From the NCBI GenBank assembly GCA_016748015.1, contig JAAOMT010000046.1:706697-770696 (forward strand): 64,000 nt of DNA, given 5' to 3'. Shown one piece after another: positions 52,158 to 64,000 of this stretch; the first letter of the stretch is position 1, and every line of letters starts with the position of its first letter. This stretch comes from Geosiphon pyriformis uo1. Lineage: Eukaryota; Fungi; Glomeromycota. A model generated the notes under the pieces. The model did no database searches. It was not told the origin of the DNA and was given only the letters and a program-made list of their open reading frames with translations. A program made the translations under genes and the position numbers.

Positions 52158-55100
52158 ATATTATGTCTTTTTTTATACTCTTTTGGTTGTTCAATTTGAT
52201 GTGTTTGGTTCAATGATTATGATTGGTTCCAGATCTCATGAAATCTCATCTGGTTGGATTAGTATTCTCTGTACTCCTAATTGTGAAATATTATTGGTAG
52301 ATGGTGACACTATATGGTAATATGGTTTCAGTTAATTACCATGTGCTGCTTTGATTAAGATTTTGTTGTTCAATCTTAATTTATAAATTCTATTTTCAAG
52401 AATTTTTTTTATGTAAAATGGTTCATTCTATTTGGAGTCAAATTTTCCACTTCATTGTTTTTTTGCTTTGATACGATGTAAAAATACTTTGTTTTCAATC
52501 TTGAATTTAACTGGTTTATCTGGTAGTTGGTTATCGTGTCTTTTTTTTTGTTTTTCTTATGCCTTTTGGATGTTATCAGCTGCTTTTTGCTGTTTGTTCT
52601 CTAATGTCTCCATTAAGTCATATGTTCTTTTTAACAATGTTCTTTGAAAATTCTCTTCTGTTATTGGTTCTGTTGAATATGTTTTGATTTTTATTTCAAC
52701 TGGTAATGTTGTTGTTCTACTGTATACTAATTTAAATAGTATTGTTTGTGTAGTGTCTTGCTTCATTGTCCTGTAAGCAAATAATACTGATGATATAAAC
52801 AAATCTCATTCATCCTGGTTTTTTTGACTGATTTTGGCAATTGCTTCACACAATGTTCTATTAAATCTTTCTATTAGCCCATTGGTTTGTGGATAATATG
52901 GTGATGATAATGGTTTTTTTATCCCAAATTTTTGACTTAATTTTGTTAATGTTTTATTCACAAAATGAATTCTTTGGTTTGATAATAATTCTTTTGGACA
53001 TTTGTGTTGACAGATCAAATCTTGATAAATATATTTGGCAATAGATTCTGCATTTGCTCTTTAAATGGTTTTTGCTTCTGGCTATTTTGTAAGATAGTTC
53101 ATGACTACTGCAATATATCTGTTGCCTTTGCTGGTTATAGTTAATGGTCTGACTAAGTCAATTCTAATGTGATCAAATGATTGTTTCACTTTGATTGGTC
53201 TCAATGGCTCACTGGGTTTTGTTCTTCCTCTTTTCTAACAAGTATCACAATTTTGAACATATTAGATAATATTTGAATATATAGATGACCAATAGTATCT
53301 TTTCCTGGTTTTTTCTATGGTTGTTTCTTTATGAAAATGTCCTGCTGTTGGATCTGAGTGCATGTTAAACAATATTGTCTCTTTTTCTGGTTCTGTAATT
53401 ACCTTGGTTGGTTGATCTGGATTTCTTTTGTTTTTTTAATAAAGTATATTTTAATGGTTAATAAAATATTTTGATTGTTGTTTTATATTGTTTTGTTCTT
53501 TTTGAAATAATTTTTCCTTGAACAATTAGGTATTTATATAATGTTGAAGTTGTTGGTATTTTTGTATATTCATCTTTTGTTATATTTTTGGGTTGAATGT
53601 TTTTAGATTTGTCTCATTTATAACAAGCCATTAGCATTTCCATTTTTTTTTTTTTTGTAATGTACTGTATAATTAAATGGTAAAAGTTCTATTTTCTATC
53701 TGGCATAGCAATTGTCTCCAAATTCTTACTTCTGGATTAAAGTCAATCCTTTGTAATCAGTATATACATCAAACTTTTGACTCAAGTATTCTTTTCATTT
53801 GGTGACAACCTAATAAATAGCTAAGTGTTCTAGTGCTGGAGTTTTATAGTTCTTTTCAGCTGAACTTAAGCTTCTGCTGGCATAAGCTACTGGATGTTCT
53901 TGTCCATCTGGTTCTTTCTGAGATAGTACTACTCCTAATGCTTAACCAGATGCATTAGTGGTAATGATAAATAGTTTGTTGTGGTCTGAATAGATTAATA
54001 CTGGGGCTTGAATAAGTTTTTTTCTCAGTGTGCTAAAAGCTTTTTGTTAGATTTCAGTCTATTTGTATTTGGTGTTTTTTGTTTGTAGTTGGTATAGTGG
54101 TTGAGCTATTTTAGAAAAGTCTTTGATAAAGTGGTAGTAATATCCAGTAAATCCCAAGAATGCTCTTAATTCTGTGAGATTATTTGGTACTGAAAAGTTT
54201 TTAACAATCTCAATTTTATCTGGATTTGTTTTAATACTGTTTTTCCTTACAACATGTCCCAAAAACTTGAGTTCAGTTTTTCCAAAGAAACACTTAATTG
54301 CATTTAATTTTAATCTGGCTCTTTTTAGTCTTTAAATACTTGTTGAAAATGGTGTAGATGATCATCAAATATTTTGGAAAACACATTGGTGTTATCTAAA
54401 TATATGATTACTGATTTCCATAACAGTTTAGTATAGACAATTTTCATAAGTTGTTGAAATATGGCTGGAGCATTTATCAAGCCAAATAGCATAATCTCAA
54501 ATTCAAAATTTTTTTTCGAGTCATAAAAACCGTTTTCTTCTTGTCTTCTGGTTTCATGGCTATTTGCCAGTAACCACTGTCTAAGTCTAAAGTTGAGAAC
54601 CATTTTTTTTTTCCTAAAGTGTCAAACAGCTCTTGGATCTTTGGAGTTGGATAGCTATCTCCTTTTGTTACTCCATTCAGTTTCTGGTAATCTACACAAA
54701 AGTGGATTTTTCCATTTTTCTTACAGACTAATACCACTGGTGATAATTATGGGCTCATTAATGGCTGAATTAGTCCATTGTTAAGCATCTGATTAATTTT
54801 TTGATATGGCTGGCTGGTGGTATTTTGTATGCTCTTTGTTTAATTGGCATTGCATTTCTAGTCTTGATTTAATGCTGGATTATGTTAGTTCTACCAAATT
54901 CATTTTTGCTGACAAAAATGTCCTTAAAATTGTTAAGTAACATCTTAAGCTACATACATTGTAGTGAGTCTAGATTTTCTAAGTTTATCTGTTCCAATTG
55001 TTTTGGTTGGAGCAGATAACATTTTTCTCGCTTATATATTGTTTGTGATGTGATATCCACATATCTACACAGTTGTGAAAAATCTGGAATGGGGTTTGGT

Positions 55101-55414
55101 AGTTGGTTTTCAATTTTGGTGGTTAAATATCCAATAGTGGTCCCTTCTGATATTTCAATGATGTCTTCCATGTTGTTGTAAATAGGAATTTTAATGTGAC
55201 TGTGGTTTTTGGCTGGTATGTGTAGATTGATTAATCTAATCTCTTCTAATTTACAAAGTGTTGCTTCTGTCTCAAAAATCTGAATCTGATTCTTCACTTT
55301 TCTTTTTATAACTAATATGTACTGGTCATATGGTGGAATGGAAATTGATTAATGAATGGAGATAATTTCTTCCTTGTTAACAATTTCTTCCTCTGTCATA
55401 TTAACTAGTACATC

Positions 55415-55820
55415 TATTCTATCTGTTGATTCGAATTCCTGTATTCCTTTAGCTGTAATCCTTAATTCTTCTCTGTTTCTCACTAATACTAATTGAGCTA
55501 TTTTAACCAGAGGCAGGAATATTGCCTGCACTATCTTTTTATTTGGCTCTATAATATAGGTCTTTTCTGAATTATTTTGTAGTATTGCAATAATATTTCT
55601 CACATATCTTGCATTAATTATTCCTCCTCTGATATTGATTTCTTTTTTTGCTAAGCTATTCTTAGATGCTAGTTAAACTATTGTTGTTGCTAAAATTTCT
55701 AATGCTACTTTGGGATCAATACAGATGCACAAATGTGGTTTCAATTTAATAGCATCTTTTCTTGAATATCTCAGATCAAACCCTATATTAGTATTATGTG
55801 CACATTTTGGCATAATGTCT
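55415..55820 (-). pseudogene. dUTPase domain within E2 pol
   Basis: AHNTNIGFDLRY, LASKNSLAKK, GGIINARYVRNI, KKIVQ, AKGIQEFESTD correspond to the five trimeric dUTPase motifs after G>A erosion. Confidence 0.85.
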
Positions 55821-57583
55821 TTATTATTATTGCTAAACTATTTCAGTTCCTGCTCTTTGGTAAGATCAGAGAGTACAATGTATTGTTTGGAGTTTAAATC
55901 TGAGTTTGAATTGTTATTGTTGTTATTGCCAATTTGCATAGAGCTAGAACCATTGTTTTTGTTTTGTTGTTGTTAGAGTTTAAATCGGAATTAAAAATTG
56001 ATTCCAATTTTGATGTACAGTTGTTAATTGGTTCCTCTTTTTCTGGGATTGTGTAGATTATGTATGGTGGTAGATTGTAAATAAGATCATACTCATTACA
56101 ATATTAGAAGTTACAGAAAATCAAACAATGATTACATAGTTGTGTGTTTATTTCTTCCAACTATTGCTCTTGTTCTTCTTGAGTGAGTGCTAATTCTTGA
56201 TAGTACTTGTGGAATTGTTCTGAGTCCATAAACTCTAGGATAATATTTGGGTTTGGGCTCCAGTTAAGTTCTATGAATTCTAATGAGTTGTTTTTGATCA
56301 TTCTTATTTTTTCTAGTAACACTCCTTTGATTTTGGTGAGTGCTATTTGCTAAATTTTGTTGTCATCATGTGGATAGCCATCCAAACATTTTATTGCTCT
56401 TCTCCAATTGGCTTCTATGAAAGTCTTTTTTCTTATCCAGTCATTAATTAGAATCGTGTATTGACACAATTTGTCACAGGTTTCTCCTCATCCAGGAATG
56501 TTATTTCATATTCCTTCATCTAATAGGATTTCTCCACAAGTGAGACAAGATTTGTTGTTCTATTTTTTTTGCCATTTTGGTCATCTAAAGCATTCTAAGA
56601 TGCATAAACAGCAGTAAAATTTGGTTGCTGTAGAGTATTCTTCATTATTATCACAGCACATGTCTATTAACAACAATTTTTAGCCACAATTAATGCATAC
56701 CAGTTTTGGTCAGCAATAGTTAGACTGGTGTGGTGAAGAGTAAGTATATGGTGTATAAGTAGAGGTAGTAGCTAGCACTAATTCTTCTTCTTTCTTCTTT
56801 CCTTTTCCTTTTTTTTCCCAAGTCCAAATTGGTGGCCACTTGCTTTGGTCATTATTATTCCAATAACTTTGGTTGGTTTTTCAGGTAGGTTCTTTTTCTC
56901 TTTTTTTCTTTCTTTTGTTGTTCTATGATGGTATCAGCAGTAATTTGTTGTGGTCAGCATTGGCCCAGGAAACTTGGTATGCTTCCTAGGTAGGTTTTTC
57001 TTCTTTATCATTAAACTTGATAAGTAGTGCTGGCACATTGTTATTCAGTTTAAAATGACCACACATTGCTGATACTCATATGTGTTATCCGTTCTGACTA
57101 AGTTGCAATTCCTGGGTGGTCTAGTTAAGTATCATATTTGTTTTGGACAGCTAATTATTACCAATGAGTGCTTAGTATTAAGTAGCTTCTATGACTAATA
57201 TCTTGATTGTTATGATAATGCTGTTGATTTTGATGGATAAGTTATCTATTTCACCAATTGGGGTCTTGATGGCTCTATTAGCTGTAATTATTCTTGTGCT
57301 GGCAGCTCAATCAACTCAGCAACCTAATTGGTTTATGAATTGTCATGTAATGATGCTGTTTGCTGAACCACTATCTAGGATCAGTTTTATGGCCTAACTG
57401 TTGAATTTAGCATTAATGTACATGGCAGTGATGGGTTTCTCTTCAAACATGGCTCTACTGAACAATGGTGTTTGTAATGGTTCCTTGAATTCAAATGAGA
57501 AAATTGCTGCTAGTGATCCATTATTAGTTATGATGGCTGAAGATATGTTGCTGATAAGTGATTTGTTTTGGTTGAGTTCCTGG

Positions 57584-60106
57584 TGTTACTCATAAAAAAA
57601 ACAGATATAGAAAATAGTAGACCAATAAGGGAATAGTAGTTAGCACATGAGTATATTGCTCAGCAATATGGAGCAATATCAGAAATTATGACATATTGCT
57701 CAATAATATGGAGCAATATTAGAAATTAGAGCATATTGCTTAGCAATGTGAACATTGCTCAAGAAATCATAACACATTGCTTAAGAATATAAGCAATCTT
57801 ATAGAACATAAATTAGGTATATATAACAGTAGCATTAGAAGCAGAAAAGACAGATCTCTCAATTTAGATTTGATCTAAGCAACTTTTCACATCACAAATA
57901 TCAATAAATAATTATTCAATATCTCAAATCTACTCCTCAATATCAACACTTTATGTTAATAGTAATTGATACTTAAACCATACTGGAACAATAGCTCTTA
58001 ATCATGGCTATTGACAAGATACTAACATTTATTGTCTTGGCTTATTTCTTTATTTTCTTTTATTTTCTTTTATTTTGTTATTTTTTGTTGTATACTAATT
58101 GATTAAAGGATTAAAGCACTGAGTTACTGACGTCAGGATATAGCATTGGTAAAAGACCCAGGAATAAAAGTAGACACTCAGATTTGAGGATAGCTTACCA
58201 GGAGATTGCTGGCCACCATGTTGAGAAAAGAATTGATAGAATTGTGATTTCAGGAAGTGACAGATAACAACTATTTTAACTCATGAATTGACACTAGAAA
58301 CACTATTTAAAAAAAATTATATTGGAATCTCTGTTCATTATACAAAGAACTCAACCAAAATCTTCAGATACAGTTAACCTTCAGAAACCAACATCATTAG
58401 ATCAATTGAGCACCAAGTTACAGATTTGTTATTTGCTTTAAGACTCCAAATAATCACTTGTAATATTTAGTGCTTCCTGTAAAATATAATCTTACAGAAA
58501 ACCAGTACCAACAACAATCATCTAAAAGTGGCAGAATCAGAAATAATAAGGAAAAACCATTTAGGATTCACTAAATCTTTATTTCAACAGTACAGTCAAC
58601 AATTGGGCTTAATTAACAACTATTATCCAGTGGAATTAGCCTTCAACTTCTATGTTAACAAAAGAATCACAGATTTTCTGAGAAGACCAGTTAATATTAA
58701 GTTAGCAAGAAAAAATTTCTATACAAAATTAATCTAACACATTAGCTTACCACAAAATTACAGTTTTGCACCAATTATCAAAAAAATTAATCAAGAAATT
58801 GAAAGATATACTCAACAACAATTTCCTATTATCTATACAGATAAAAGTAAAAGAAAGTTACAAACACCAACAGCAATTCCAAAAGAAATACAATTACCAA
58901 TGTGGAAGAAACAAAGAATTAAATCTCCACTATATCCATTATACCATCATACATCTGGAAATACCATCAATATTATATCAGCAGGTGCATTCACATCAAA
59001 CATGACATCAATATTTGGATGACTTCTATTTCAAAGTAAACAAAAGAAAACAGAGTTATTAGAAACATACAGTAATTACTTTGAAGGATTTAAATTACAA
59101 TCCTCAACACTATCAGGATTCCAATTACCACCACCTCCACCAGATTTCGGAACTGCAAGTGCTTGGGAAATAATGACATCAGAAAAAAAGGAAGAAGAGA
59201 ATCAAGAATTTAATTATAAAAATTCAATTGCAGAAAATCCAGAAGTTGAAACTCTGAATATTCAAACCCAGCAAACTCAAAACAATCCAAACTTTGAGTT
59301 AATTAATCAGTAAAACTTATTTTCAGAAATTGTCATTAATCAACAACCAATTGATCCAATTGCTAAACAACTTCAATTACCACCAATACTACCTCAGCAA
59401 TTACCATTTCAACCACCACAACAACCAAACTTGGATCCAATGGCCTATGCTCCAATAGCAAAACTTAAAAAATTTATGGGCAAAGAAGATAACACCCAAA
59501 TATGGCTGAATGATGTGGAAAAAGCCATTGCAGCCAATAGATAGAATGATGTATGAGCTATGCAAGCCATTCCATACTTTTTCTAAAATACTACTGATTC
59601 ATAGTATCAGAGCTTGGTTAACAAACTTCAGAATTTCAACACATTTAAGCTTAAGTTCTTGAAATATTTTAGCAACAACAACAGTATTAATCACTTAGCC
59701 AATACCTTCACTACTATCAAGCAAGGAGAAACTAAAGCAGTCACTACTTACTTAGAATGCTTTCATAGAAACTTAAGCCAAATACAAGCAATTGATGTGA
59801 ATTATTTACAACACCACAGATTCTGAACCAGTTTATCTGTAAACTGCACAGTAGCATCCTCTAATGCATACACCCAATGCACCCACAAACTCTCTAAGAC
59901 ACAGTTACCAATGCACGGAATTTCGAATCTGCAGAACTCGAAGCTAACCATGCTTAAGCTGTTAATCTAGTAATAAACAGATTATCTGAATTGAATTCCA
60001 AATTGAAACAACTTAGTGATTCAATTAATCAGAAATTAGAAGGATACTTAGCTGACAATCACACAATTTATTAGCCACTCCAATAACACAATAATTCTGG
60101 AAACAT
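57584..60106 (+). mobile_element. Gypsy copy E3, 5' part (5' LTR 57584-58465, PBS 58468-58485, gag), cut by A3
   Basis: TGTTACTC...CTTGTAATA; PBS TAGTGCTTCCTGTAAAAT; gag MAYAPIAKLKKFMGKEDNTQIWLNDVEKAIAAN. Confidence 0.9.
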
Positions 60107-63100
60107 TGTTATAAGTAAACTGGGTAGGGTATGATGGTAACATTTAGTGCTCTAGTTTTGGGTTATCTTTCAAAGTTGTCTGCTTTTTCCTCTGTGTTAA
60201 TGTTATCAGTCTTTGAAAGTTTATTCTTGGGTGTAAATTTATCCATTGAGTTTTTTGGTTATAAGACACAGAGTTTGTCTTTTATTGATTGCAATATTTT
60301 CCATAATGTGAACTTTCTTCTCCACACTAATGAGCACAGTTGTTAGGGTCTGGCATTGTCTTTTCACTTTTTTAATAAGCTACCAAGATAATGTTAATAT
60401 CCAAAACTTAGGAGGAGCTTCCCTCTTTTACTAGGCTATTACAAAGTCTATTCTAAGACAGTCAATTTTCTTATGTTGCCATTCCAAAAAAAAAAAGAAA
60501 AAAAAAAAAGAATTAGTTCTTGTCAATCGCCATAATCAAGAGCAATTGGTCCAAATTATTAAGGGTTCGAGACATTTATGCCAATGGCATCTGTTCCAGA
60601 ACAAAAGTAGGAAATACTGATTTTAATTTTAATTAAAATCTATAAGATAGGAGAACATAAATTGGTGAATTGGATTTGGTTTTGATAATTTATTTTATTT
60701 TGGACTATAGATATATAATAAGTATAATACAAAGTAAAATTGATTCCTAACTAACTGTCTGCCTTTTCAACTTCTACAACTACTTGTTTTTATACATTTT
60801 TTTGGTTTTACAGGATTGCTTTCAATTGCTTTACTATTACTAGTTATTGCTCGTTATTACTAGCTATTGTTTGTATTTGCTAGCTATTGTTTGCGTTTGC
60901 TTTGTGTTACCTCGAGTTGTACCACGTTTTTTTTGTTATGTTTTTCCATAGCTTTTTGGTTTTTTTACTCGAGTAACATTATTTCTTCCTTTTTAAAATT
61001 AAGCTCCTGCAAAATCATCTATTTCAGCCAAGTTTGTGTTTTCCATAAAGAACTCAAATGTTGTCTTCAGTATTACTTTTTGTAGAACTTCAAATTGAGT
61101 ATTTGTCATCTGTTTTATGTTGTTAACTGTAATAGTTTTCAAAGTTTTATCTAGTAGTACTATTGGACAGTGTTTAAATGCTGAATATAGTCAGTATGTT
61201 GCTTTGTAGTATAGATTTAAGTTGTTTTTTCCCACAAATTTTTCTACTTGTCTGCAGGCTTCTTTGTTGATTGTTTGATGGTTAAAGTTTTTATATGGGC
61301 TATTTAATCATAATTGTAACCCAATTTTAAATAACCAATAGATGAGTGGAAGTTTCTTTTTCCATTTCTTTGCATTTTCAGATGTCCATTTTCTTGTTAC
61401 TGGCTCCAGTGTTTGCCTGTTCAGACTCTCTCTTATTTTCTCAATTTTCACCTGACACAGTTCTATTTCTGTCACCTTTTCCTTCTTTTTAGCTGTATCA
61501 GGTCCTATCTCCACCATATTTTTTTTTTCTTTTGTAAGGAAAGGTTTGCTTATAAGGATGGGACAGCTTAGTTCTAGTTGAACTCTTATCCATCCCTTTC
61601 TTGCTCTTATCTCTGTATCGTATCTCTTTTTTATCAATTGTGATTTCTATTTGAGTGGAAAATTGTTGAATTGTATCAAACAGTTGTTTCGAAAGTTGTA
61701 GAATTTAATCTGAAAAATCCATGTTGAAAAAAGTTCTATCATTTTCTTGTTGTTTTCTGGGTGGTATATATACTTAAATTTCCCAATTTAATTTGCTATG
61801 TGTTGTCTATGTTTTGATAACAATAATTGGTTTCAGATCTCATGGTATATCTTCTGGTCTGATTAATGAAATTTGTGTTCCTAGTTGATGTATTGATGAC
61901 AATGACTGTAGTTTCACATGATAAATTTTTAATTAATTCTCATGAGCTACTTTCTTTAAAATCATGTCTTCCAATCATAATTTGTAAGCTCTATTTTCTA
62001 ATGCTTTGTGTATGTGGAATAAACCATTTTACTTTGGGTCAAACTTTCTGCTCTATTGTTTTTCTGCTTTTGTATAATGTAACAATACTTGGTCTCCAAT
62101 CTTAAATTCCATTGGTTGTTCGAGTAGGCAATCATCATGTCTTTCTTTTTGTCATTCTTGAGTGTTACTAATATTGTCAACCACTATTTTATGATTGTTT
62201 TCTAATGTTTCCATTAGCTGGTATGTTTTTTGGCATAAGATATCTTCAAATTTTTTTTTGTTAATAGTTTCTGTTGGGTAAGACACTATTTTTCATTCAA
62301 TAAGTAACATTGCTTTTCTTCCATAGACTAATTCAAATGGTGTAAACTGTATCATATTTTGCTTTAATATTCAATATGCAAAGAGTACAGAAAATATAAA
62401 TAAGTTCTATTCTTGTTTGTTTTTATAACTTATTTTTGCTAATGCTTCACATAATGTTCTATTAAACTGTTCCACCAGTTCATTTGTTTGTGGGTAATAT
62501 GGTGACAATAACTGTCATTTTATACCAAAAAGTTGACTCAATTTAGTTAATGTAATATTGACAAAATGTGTTTTTTGGTCTGATAACAGTTCTTTTAGAC
62601 ATCCATGTTTGCATATTAGATCTTGGTGTACAAATTTGGCTACTGTTTTGGTGTCAGCTACTTGGATTGCTCTGGCTTCTGGCCATTTTGTAAGGTAGTC
62701 TATGACTACAGCGATGTAATGATTTCCTTTGGATGTAATCGACCAACCAAATCAATCTCAATTCTATCAAATAGATTTCCAACTGGAATGGGTTGAAGTG
62801 GTTTCATTATCTTGGCTCCTCTTCTTTGCTGACATGAGTCACAATTGTAAACATATTCAAAGATATCCTTATACATTGTAGACCAATAGTATAGATTTGT
62901 TGTTTTTTTCAAAGTCGCATCTTTGTTGAAGTGTCCTGCAGTTGAGTCAGAATGCATACTATATAATATAGCTTTTTTTTTACTGTTCTTAATCAATTAT
63001 TGTGGGGTGGTGTGGTTTCATTGTTCTTGATAATAGAGTTGGTCATTTTGAATAAAGTAATTTTGTGCTTGTTTCCATATGGTATTTTGTTCTTGTTGAG

Positions 63101-64000
63101 ATAAAATCTCCTTGAAACATAGTGTCAATAAGTACTGATGTAATTGCTGATAAGTAAGTGTGTCCATGGGTCTGAGATTAGGTTTGTAACATCCTTGACT
63201 AACTGTTGGCATTGGTGTTTTTGGATCCTTCTTTGTAATGAACTTTGATTGGGAATTGTTGCAGATAAGTACTCCATTTAGCATATTTTCCTTCTAGTTG
63301 TGAGTTATTGAGTAACCAAATGAGTCCTTTATGATCGGTATATAAGTTAAATAGTTGCCAGAGGTAGTGTTTCCATGTTTGTATGGCCCAATAAATGGCA
63401 AAGCATTCCAAATCCATTGTGCTATATATTTTTTCTACTGGGCTGGTACTGCAACTAGTGTAGACAATTGGATGTTCTCTTCTGTTCAGTTCTATTTGTG
63501 ATAATACAGCTTCTAGTGCATTTTTTGATGCATTTGTAGTGACAATGAATTGTTTGGTGAAGTTGAGATAGATCAGTATTGGAGATGTAATTAATCACTG
63601 TTTAAGATAATTGAAGGCTTTTTGTTGCTCTTCTTTTCACAAGTATGGCACATATTTGAACAACAAATGATGAAGGAGTTTTGTAATAGTTGAGAATTCT
63701 TTGATAAATTGGCAGTAGTATCCAGCCAATCCTAAAAATCTTTGTAGCTCTCATAAGTTGATTGGAACTGGAAAATCCTTGACCTTTTGAATTTTGTCTG
63801 GGTTGAGTTTTACTTTATTTTTGCCAATCACATGTCTTAAAAATTTCAGTTTGGTTTTCCCAAAGAAACATTTATCAGGGTTGAGTTTTAATCTGGCATC
63901 TCAAAAGCATTTAAAAACTTGTTGCAGGTGGAGCAAATGTTCATCAAATGTTTCCGAAAAGACATTGGTGTCATTCAAGTATACTATGACTGATTTCCAC
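60107..64000 (-). mobile_element. Gypsy copy A3, 3' part (3' LTR 60107-60978, ORF3, IN, RNase H, RT), running off the window
   Basis: LTR TGTTACTCGAGT...CTTATAACA; PPT AAAAAGGAAGAAATAA; integrase 61830-63170; RNase H 63199-63600; RT VYLNDT at about 63975. Confidence 0.92.
60993..61722 (-). pseudogene. ORF3 of A3
   Basis: MDFSD*ILQLSKQLFDTIQQ...KKRYDTEIRA...QVEKFVGKNNLNLYYKATY*LYSAFKHCP...ITVNNIKQMTNTQFEVLQ...DFAGA. Confidence 0.78.

Larger units (their letters stand above)
50665..57583 (-). mobile_element. Gypsy copy E2 (3' LTR, ORF3, IN, RNase H, RT, dUTPase, PR), cut by E3
   Basis: LTR 50665-51489 TGTTAC...GTAACA; PPT AAAAAGAGAAAATAA; protease ILDSGSANSII at about 57350-57380; RT 54059-54737; integrase 52200-53580. 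Confidence 0.92.

Overview
AT-rich eukaryotic DNA, almost certainly fungal; the repeat content suggests a large-genome Glomeromycotina/Mucoromycota species (inference from recognition, not verified). One intact host gene sits in a CpG-retaining island of about 3 kb: a two-exon, three-KH-domain RNA-binding protein of the Rnc1/Pbp2/hnRNP-K type (28572-29967). Everything else is nested, decayed retroelements. These include at least eight Ty3/Gypsy LTR elements in three families that I label A, B and E (two B copies are full length with both LTRs and 4-bp TSDs), three solo LTRs, several RNase-H-bearing LINE relics and a MITE-like palindrome. All LTRs derive from TGTTA...TAACA ends and use 4-bp TSDs, and one PBS is shared across families. 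Repeats show massive C>T/G>A erosion in many sequence contexts. The most notable items are: a conserved non-env third ORF after pol in all three families; a dUTPase plus a large Cys-rich domain between protease and RT in families A and E; a covarying stem-loop shared by otherwise different LTRs; a UUUAAAC -1 gag-pol frameshift site; and deep serial nesting. Domain boundaries inside decayed elements are approximate, read by eye.
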